DNA of 33,150 nucleotides from a virus (lineage: Duplodnaviria > Caudoviricetes), in IMG/VR virus record IMGVR_UViG_3300030372_000644, positions 1 to 33,150 of that record, one strand, 5' to 3'. Below, piece after piece: positions 28,018 to 33,150 of the stretch. The translations under genes and the position numbers were made by a program. Position 1 is the stretch's first letter, and each line of letters starts with the position of its first letter. The notes beneath the pieces are model-generated. The model made no database searches, was not told where the DNA came from, and worked only from the letters and a program-made list of their open reading frames with translations.

Positions 28018-28241
28018 TGAAACAAATAAATGAAGATACCATTGCATTACATTGGACAACAGAAGATGTGATGAATCAATGTGATTGGCTAACAAAAGAA
28101 CAAGCACGAGCAGTATTAAGTGTGTGTTTACATAAACATGATGCAAATCATGGTGTTAGTTGGGAGATAATAGACATATGGGCATGTGCTATGTACCCAA
28201 AGCACTCAACAAAACAAGTTTAATGGAGGTTGCGTAATGAA
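28000..28241 (+). repeat. 22 bp direct repeat (21/22 identical) at 28000-28021 and 28220-28241
   Basis: TTAA(A/T)GGAGGTTGCGTAATGAA, 220 bp apart, flanking one gene. Confidence 0.9.
28017..28223 (+). CDS. Hypothetical phage protein
   Basis: SD GGAGGT; W..EDV...LT.EQAR.VL...HDA..GVSWE motif. Confidence 0.8.
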   Translation: MKQINEDTIALHWTTEDVMNQCDWLTKEQARAVLSVCLHKHDANHGVSWEIIDIWACAMYPKHSTKQV

Positions 28242-28485
28242 CTACAGTAAAAAAGAAATGGATATGATACGAAATGTATATCGTATGGCATCACCTCAAG
28301 ATTTCAGACCATTGTATGAACACATGGTAGCTGTTGGCATTGATCGTGATGGACTTAATTCAGAAGCATGGATTAATAAGATGACTGTAATGACAACTAA
28401 TATGTGGGAGAAAGAAAATCTTTTAGACAATCCTGATATTAAAAACTTAATTGAAGATATAAGATTAAAACATTATGGTACATGA
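28237..28485 (+). CDS. Hypothetical protein (start MNYSKKEM)
   Basis: SD GGAGGT before 28237. Confidence 0.75.
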   Translation: MNYSKKEMDMIRNVYRMASPQDFRPLYEHMVAVGIDRDGLNSEAWINKMTVMTTNMWEKENLLDNPDIKNLIEDIRLKHYGT

Positions 28486-28712
28486 AGAACACACAACGAT
28501 ACCAATATCGTAAGATAATAAACAGTTTGATAGAGCAACGAAAATTGCAGAAGTTATCGCAAGAAAAAGTTGCTCTAACTATAGGAACTGACACCAAATT
28601 ATTTGGTCAATGGGAACGTATGGAGGTAGAACCACGACTATTTAACTTGCTCTGTTGGTGTGAAGCACTTAATGTGTTTCTAACAATATGTTGTGATGAT
28701 GATGAGTTCTAG
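28482..28712 (+). CDS. XRE/Cro-like HTH regulator
   Basis: RKLQKLSQEKVA..IG....GQWER...P....L..W..AL pattern. Confidence 0.85.
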   Translation: MKNTQRYQYRKIINSLIEQRKLQKLSQEKVALTIGTDTKLFGQWERMEVEPRLFNLLCWCEALNVFLTICCDDDEF

Positions 28713-28749
28713 TCTTAATGGCTAGGACTCATTAAAATATGGAGGTTAA

Positions 28750-29061
28750 ATGCCAAGCAAAAGTAAAATCAAAGGTAACTATCACGAGAATTGGTTTCTA
28801 AAATTATTTAACTCATGGAATATCCCCACCAAAAAAGTTCCCCTATCAGGTAGTCTGGGAGGGGAACATACTGGTGACTTAAAGATGATGTTAAATAATA
28901 AAGAACGAATTGTTGAGGTAAAGTATAGAGCAGTAGATAAATTCCCTAGTGTTTTCAAAGTGTTAGACGGAAAAGATATTGCTTTATATAAACGTAAAAC
29001 TGGTGACCCAAGATGGGTTGCTATTATTCCAGATAAATTATTTGAGGACTTATTAAAATGA
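28750..29061 (+). CDS. Hjc-like Holliday junction resolvase / PD-(D/E)xK nuclease
   Basis: SKIKGNYHE, PLSG, GDL...EVK motifs. Confidence 0.8.
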   Translation: MPSKSKIKGNYHENWFLKLFNSWNIPTKKVPLSGSLGGEHTGDLKMMLNNKERIVEVKYRAVDKFPSVFKVLDGKDIALYKRKTGDPRWVAIIPDKLFEDLLK

Positions 29062-29270
29062 ATTGGAATTTGGTATGTTGTATTTGTAAAAAAGATATTG
29101 AACCTTTACGAGATAAAGAAGGTCATATTCATTATCATGGTGGACATAATCCTTCACCAATTACAGATGAACCAGATAAATTTTGTTGTCAACAATGTAA
29201 TGACAAGATTGTATTTCCTGCACGAATGACAGAATTACAACTTAAATCTCAACAAAGGAGGAAAAAGTGA
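29058..29270 (+). CDS. Small zinc-binding protein
   Basis: CCIC...GHNPSP...CCQQCN..IV.PAR. Confidence 0.75.
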   Translation: MNWNLVCCICKKDIEPLRDKEGHIHYHGGHNPSPITDEPDKFCCQQCNDKIVFPARMTELQLKSQQRRKK

Positions 29271-29476
29271 GTAGATACAAAGACTTAATCATTGAATGGG
29301 AAGAAAAAGTAAGGTGGATAGAAGATTATCCAACATGGATAGAAGATGCTGAAAATGTATCAGAAGTTGTTGCCCATGTAGTAGATCATTTAGATTTAAA
29401 ATATGAAACAGATATCAGTCATGTGGTACAAATATGCACAGAAGATATGAATGAATATTGGAGCAGATACATATGA
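29267..29476 (+). CDS. Acidic hypothetical protein
   Basis: SD AAGGAGG, GTG start overlapping the previous stop. Confidence 0.7.
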   Translation: MSRYKDLIIEWEEKVRWIEDYPTWIEDAENVSEVVAHVVDHLDLKYETDISHVVQICTEDMNEYWSRYI

Positions 29477-29739
29477 AACTATCAAAAGATTGGCAACCAA
29501 GCCAAGCAGTCATGCAACAACACAAGGAGGTAAACCATGACAGAGAAATTAAATACTTCAAACATTTCTATATTACTAACCAATACGAAAGATCAGACTG
29601 GAATCAGGTCTATCGTCAATGGTGTGACAGACAAAGTAAAAGCAAAAACTTTGTTGGAACAAGGAAACTCAAACCCAAACCAAGTAACCAAAGCGACAGT
29701 TTCTATCATAGAGTCCATACTGCAATGCAAGATAAATGA
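29473..29739 (+). CDS. DnaT-like / replication-initiator C-terminal domain protein
   Basis: LSKDWQPS...EIKYFKHFY...SDWNQVYRQW pattern; ATGA coupling at 29473. Confidence 0.6.
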   Translation: MKLSKDWQPSQAVMQQHKEVNHDREIKYFKHFYITNQYERSDWNQVYRQWCDRQSKSKNFVGTRKLKPKPSNQSDSFYHRVHTAMQDK

Positions 29740-30136
29740 AGAAGTAAACAATCAATATATGTTTTTCAGATTTACAATGCCAAACACATTTGCATTTGAT
29801 CACAAGAAAAGACAGCAAGTAGTATCTGCACTCAAAGATTGTATGGCAGTAGCAGATAATGAGATGATTCGTAAATGGATTCTTGAAGTAATGGTATGCA
29901 CGAACAAGCAATCAGCATTAAAAGAAAATGATATGGCATTGAAAGCAAAAGTATATGCTTCAAAGTTACAGCATATACCTGCTGATATACTCAAAAATGC
30001 TTGTGATAAATTGTGTTACAAAGAGTCATGGTTTCCTGCACTAGCAGACATAATGAAATATGTTGAGCCAGAGTATTACTATCGTAAGTCTTTAGTAGAA
30101 CTTGTCAGTAGTAAATTAATACAACAATTAAAATAA
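29537..30136 (+). CDS. Putative helicase loader/inhibitor-like replication protein
   Basis: C-terminal Y...L..IPAD....AC......SWFPALADI motif; strong SD AAGGAGGT. Confidence 0.55.
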   Translation: MTEKLNTSNISILLTNTKDQTGIRSIVNGVTDKVKAKTLLEQGNSNPNQVTKATVSIIESILQCKINEEVNNQYMFFRFTMPNTFAFDHKKRQQVVSALKDCMAVADNEMIRKWILEVMVCTNKQSALKENDMALKAKVYASKLQHIPADILKNACDKLCYKESWFPALADIMKYVEPEYYYRKSLVELVSSKLIQQLK

Positions 30137-30274
30137 ATTCCTTATAGGGAAGTCTTAAACAGCATGGTATACCACTGGTTCAATCGGGTCTATGGTATGT
30201 AAACATGAATTAACATGAAAAAGATCAACGGACTAGCTATCCGTCAGCAAGTGTCATGTTGTTTAATTAAATGC

Positions 30275-30303
30275 TTGAATTTATTGGCATAATTTAGTAT
30301 GCT
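30275..30303 (+). promoter_or_regulatory. Candidate sigma70 promoter for the recombination module
   Basis: TTGAAT, 17 bp spacer, TATGCT upstream of SD GGAGGT. Confidence 0.6.
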
Positions 30304-30326
30304 GATAGCAACTATGGAGGTTAATA

Positions 30327-31139
30327 ATGGCAGAAGTACCAAAGCTATCGCCTATGAAAGAAGAATTTATTAGAGGAAGTGATATGGTTTCTCTAATGAG
30401 AGGTGACTGGCACAAATTATATCAAATCAAAAAAGGATTAGTAGGTCGTGATGACTTATCTAATATGTTCAATGTACAGTTAGGAACTTTTACAGAAGAT
30501 TTTAATTTGCAATGGGCAGAAAAAATTTATGAATTAACTTTTAAACCACAACATTCTGTATCAAAACAATATGGTAGTATTAAATTACAAGGAACACTTG
30601 ATGGTATAACAAAGTCAACAGCTACAAACTATGACATTGGTATTGAATGTAAGCATACACATTCAATGAATACTATGGAAAATATGATTAACTTTTATAT
30701 GCCACAGATACAATTTTATTCTTATCTATCAGGTATAAATAAAATGATACTGTCTGTAATATTTGGTAACAAATGGGAAGCAGTAGAGATTGAAGCATCA
30801 AGTGCTTATCAAGAAAAATTATTACAAGCTATTAAAACATTTTGGGAATATATTATTCATAACAAAGAACCTGATGGAATTGATACTATTGTAATAGATA
30901 ATAATATTACAGATAAAATTCGTATCAATGGTAAGACAAAGCGAGATGTATCAAAAAGCAACAGCTTTACTGAAGCTTGTACTGATTATTTACTACATGA
31001 AGATACAGCAAAATTATTTGAGAAAGCAAAGAAGCAACTCAAAGAAGAAATCAAGCATGATGAATCAGAAGTTTACAATGATGTTCTATCTATCAAGCGA
31101 GATAAACGAGGGTCAATTCGTATAACCAAGAAAGGGTGA
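30327..31139 (+). CDS. YqaJ-like (lambda-exonuclease family) viral recombinase
   Basis: FIRGSD, GTLDG, IECKHT, YMPQIQFY motifs; adjacent to ERF. Confidence 0.88.
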   Translation: MAEVPKLSPMKEEFIRGSDMVSLMRGDWHKLYQIKKGLVGRDDLSNMFNVQLGTFTEDFNLQWAEKIYELTFKPQHSVSKQYGSIKLQGTLDGITKSTATNYDIGIECKHTHSMNTMENMINFYMPQIQFYSYLSGINKMILSVIFGNKWEAVEIEASSAYQEKLLQAIKTFWEYIIHNKEPDGIDTIVIDNNITDKIRINGKTKRDVSKSNSFTEACTDYLLHEDTAKLFEKAKKQLKEEIKHDESEVYNDVLSIKRDKRGSIRITKKG

Positions 31140-31185
31140 GCAGACCCACTCACCCTTTCAACTATCTGTATAATGGAGGTTACAC

Positions 31186-31689
31186 ATGACAGATACTAAA
31201 ACTAATATCAAGAAACCAGTCCAAAGTAAAGTGTATAACTTAAAGACTGCTATGCTTGAGTTCCAAAAACTTGCTGTTTCTGCAAAGAAAGATGGCAAGA
31301 ACCCACACTTTAAAAGTAATTACTCTACACTAGAGTCAGTTATTACAGCAGTAAATCAAGGCAATCAGTTTGGCTTATTTTTCACGCAAGAAATTGATTA
31401 TGTATATGTAAGTCACAGAGAAACTATGTCAGAAGTAGTAGTTGTTACTACTGTAAGACATATCAATGATGAAGCTGCATACGTATCAAAGTTACCTATC
31501 ATATTATCTCAAACTAATATGGAGAACCCACAGAAAATTGGTAGTGCTATTACCTATGCAAAAAGATATACATTGCAATCTGTATATGGACTACCATCAG
31601 AAGATGATGATGGTAATAAAGCATCAGAGCCAACGATTAACATAAGTAATTCCAAGAAATCAGAAGGAGTTGAAGATGACGGATTATGA
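31186..31689 (+). CDS. erf: ERF-family single-strand annealing protein
   Basis: KNPHFKSNYSTL and PQKIGSAITYAKRYTL..VYGL.SEDDDG signature. Confidence 0.92.
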   Translation: MTDTKTNIKKPVQSKVYNLKTAMLEFQKLAVSAKKDGKNPHFKSNYSTLESVITAVNQGNQFGLFFTQEIDYVYVSHRETMSEVVVVTTVRHINDEAAYVSKLPIILSQTNMENPQKIGSAITYAKRYTLQSVYGLPSEDDDGNKASEPTINISNSKKSEGVEDDGL

Positions 31690-32125
31690 TAACACAGACA
31701 GAGGTAGTCTATTCAAACCTAGAGCAGATGAAAGTCTGCTCGTACAAGGCAAACTAAATAGTCAGGGTGATGAGTTTAGATTAGTAGTAGTCAAAGCATC
31801 ATTACCTGATGGTAACACAGCAAGAGATGTGTACCAAAAGGTAGGCACAATGTATGAGAATGACACAGCATTGAATGAAAAATCACCAGACTTTAGTGGG
31901 CCAATCACATTAGGAGGACAAGACAAACGTAGAATAGCAGCATGGAAAACTGTATCTAAAGATGGCAACACAAAGTTCTTGTCTTGTAGGATAGGCGACT
32001 CAACACCAAGACAAATTGCAGAAAAAGAATTAGGAGTATATGATGACGTTGTTACTACTGCAACAGTTCTTGAACATCAGGAAGTAGATTTAGGAGGGGA
32101 GAATCCAGATGACATCCCATTCTAA
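31676..32125 (+). CDS. ssDNA-binding-like protein (DUF736-like)
   Basis: YDNTDRGSLF, NEKSPDFSG, AAWK, acidic C-terminal DDIPF tail; follows ERF. Confidence 0.72.
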   Translation: MTDYDNTDRGSLFKPRADESLLVQGKLNSQGDEFRLVVVKASLPDGNTARDVYQKVGTMYENDTALNEKSPDFSGPITLGGQDKRRIAAWKTVSKDGNTKFLSCRIGDSTPRQIAEKELGVYDDVVTTATVLEHQEVDLGGENPDDIPF

Positions 32126-32300
32126 ATATAATAATTGTTGGGAGTGTGGCATAAATCTGCCACCTACCAATAGTCGTAGGCAAAATCCTACAAAGTGTAA
32201 AGTTTGTTCTAATCAAAACAGAGGATGGAAAATGAAAACAAATGATTTCAAACCATCAGTTTATTGTGAAATAGAACAATCACGAACAGCATTTGCATAG
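32109..32300 (+). CDS. Small zinc-finger protein
   Basis: CWEC...CKVC; SD AGGAGG upstream. Confidence 0.55.
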   Translation: MTSHSKYNNCWECGINLPPTNSRRQNPTKCKVCSNQNRGWKMKTNDFKPSVYCEIEQSRTAFA

Positions 32301-32309
32301 GAGGTATCA

Positions 32310-32630
32310 ATGACTGCAAGAGCAAGAACGCATGACCCAAAGACTTCATGGGATGCAGCAGGTAAAGTAAATACAAATCGTTTAGAAAAATTAGTATTAG
32401 ATTGCATCATTGCACATGGAGAACATGGTGCAATACATGATGATGTATGGGAAACTTTACCACAAGTAACAACTAAAGGTGGAATATCTGCTTATGTAAG
32501 AGAAGGTAGTATCACACCACGATATGCAACACTTGAAAAGAAAGGATTTATATATCGTGATGGCACTACACGCAAAGGTAAGATGGGTAGAAGCCAACTT
32601 GTTATGTATTTTAAAAGCAATAAAGCTTGA
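32310..32630 (+). CDS. Winged-helix-like phage protein
   Basis: ARTHDPKTSWDAA...TPRYATLEKKGFI...GRSQLV; SD AGGAGGT. Confidence 0.75.
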   Translation: MTARARTHDPKTSWDAAGKVNTNRLEKLVLDCIIAHGEHGAIHDDVWETLPQVTTKGGISAYVREGSITPRYATLEKKGFIYRDGTTRKGKMGRSQLVMYFKSNKA

Positions 32631-32639
32631 TTTAAGAGC

Positions 32640-32671
32640 CATACAGAGGGGGTAACCACCCTCTCTGTATG
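32640..32671 (+). other. 14 bp hairpin (processing site or terminator)
   Basis: CATACAGAGGGGGT-AACC-ACCCTCTCTGTATG, one G-U, no U-tract. Confidence 0.6.
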
Positions 32672-32698
32672 ATTACACCCTAGAAATAAGGAGTTATG

Positions 32699-32860
32699 AT
32701 GTCATGTGACACAGATAAAGGTATATATATTGTACCAGTAGCAGGTGCGATACGCATTTATATAGATACAGAACTGCATGAAGTTAAAATGACAAGAGAT
32801 GATATGGCAGATTTAGCTACTGAAATCCTTGCAAGAAGAATTGAAATGAAAGGAAAATAA
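32699..32860 (+). CDS. Small hypothetical protein (53 aa; alternative ATG at 32696); allele of 231-392
   Basis: SD AAGGAG; conserved frame with synonymous changes relative to the left-end copy. Confidence 0.75.
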   Translation: MSCDTDKGIYIVPVAGAIRIYIDTELHEVKMTRDDMADLATEILARRIEMKGK

Positions 32861-32861
32861 A

Positions 32862-33056
32862 ATGACTAAAGAAAATAAAGAAAACAAGTATGCTCTGATT
32901 GACAAACTTCCAGAGCAAACTCAAAGAGATATAAGGGTTGGTATGCTTGTTCAATCAAGACTTAGAAAAAAGAAATACAGAAATGTATGGGTTGGTAGTG
33001 GTTGGATAAGTTTAGACTCAAATGACAGATTAACTTTTAGAGAAGCAAGATACTAA
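32862..33056 (+). CDS. Hypothetical protein inside the 207 bp indel
   Basis: SD AAAGGA; stop abuts the lysozyme stop; absent from the left-end allele. Confidence 0.65.
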   Translation: MTKENKENKYALIDKLPEQTQRDIRVGMLVQSRLRKKKYRNVWVGSGWISLDSNDRLTFREARY

Positions 33057-33150
33057 TTAAGTCGTAACATTTTTCATACGTTGAACTAATCTATCTGCAC
33101 GATTAGGTACTTGTCTGTACCATTTACTATCCATCATTTCATTAGATGCT
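33054..33150. repeat. Exact copy of 379-475 (3' end of the lysozyme gene)
   Basis: Direct sequence comparison. Confidence 0.97.

Noticed and set aside
33054-33150. 97 bp repeat as a biological direct terminal repeat
   Set aside because: It falls within the lysozyme 3' end and its partner is internal (379-475), not at base 1; better explained as assembly circular overlap
1-33150. CRISPR array, tRNA, rRNA or IS element
   Set aside because: No regularly spaced repeats, cloverleaf with T-loop consensus or transposase motifs seen by eye; dedicated scans were not run

Overview
The window is essentially one complete, AT-rich, ~32.7 kb podovirus-type phage genome: 33054-33150 repeats 379-475 exactly, implying a 32,675 bp circle. 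It has two divergent arms. The minus-strand late arm (25221 to 382) encodes TerS, a cluster of small basic proteins, TerL, portal, a Bbp19-like protein, scaffold, a gp13-like protein, major capsid, tail tubular A/B, three internal virion proteins, a tail fibre, a LamG/SPRY lectin-like protein, a chaperone, holin(s) and a lysozyme. The plus-strand early arm (25791 to 33056) encodes small membrane proteins, DUF932, an XRE HTH, an Hjc-like resolvase, DnaT-like and helicase-loader-like proteins, a YqaJ exonuclease, ERF and an SSB-like protein. I recognised no DNA or RNA polymerase, primase, helicase or integrase. The layout resembles marine alphaproteobacterial podophages of the HTVC010P/BPP-1-like morphogenesis type (inference). 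Most notable: (1) a ~430 nt densely nested, multi-domain base-paired element in the divergent intergenic region (25329-25754); (2) a GGATAAC internal-loop module present twice in the capsid leader and once in that element; (3) contig ends that capture two alleles of the same locus differing by a gene-sized 207 bp indel; (4) a second lysozyme-like domain in an ejection protein; (5) a split DUF5872-like gene. All family calls come from recognising motifs by eye, not from database searches.
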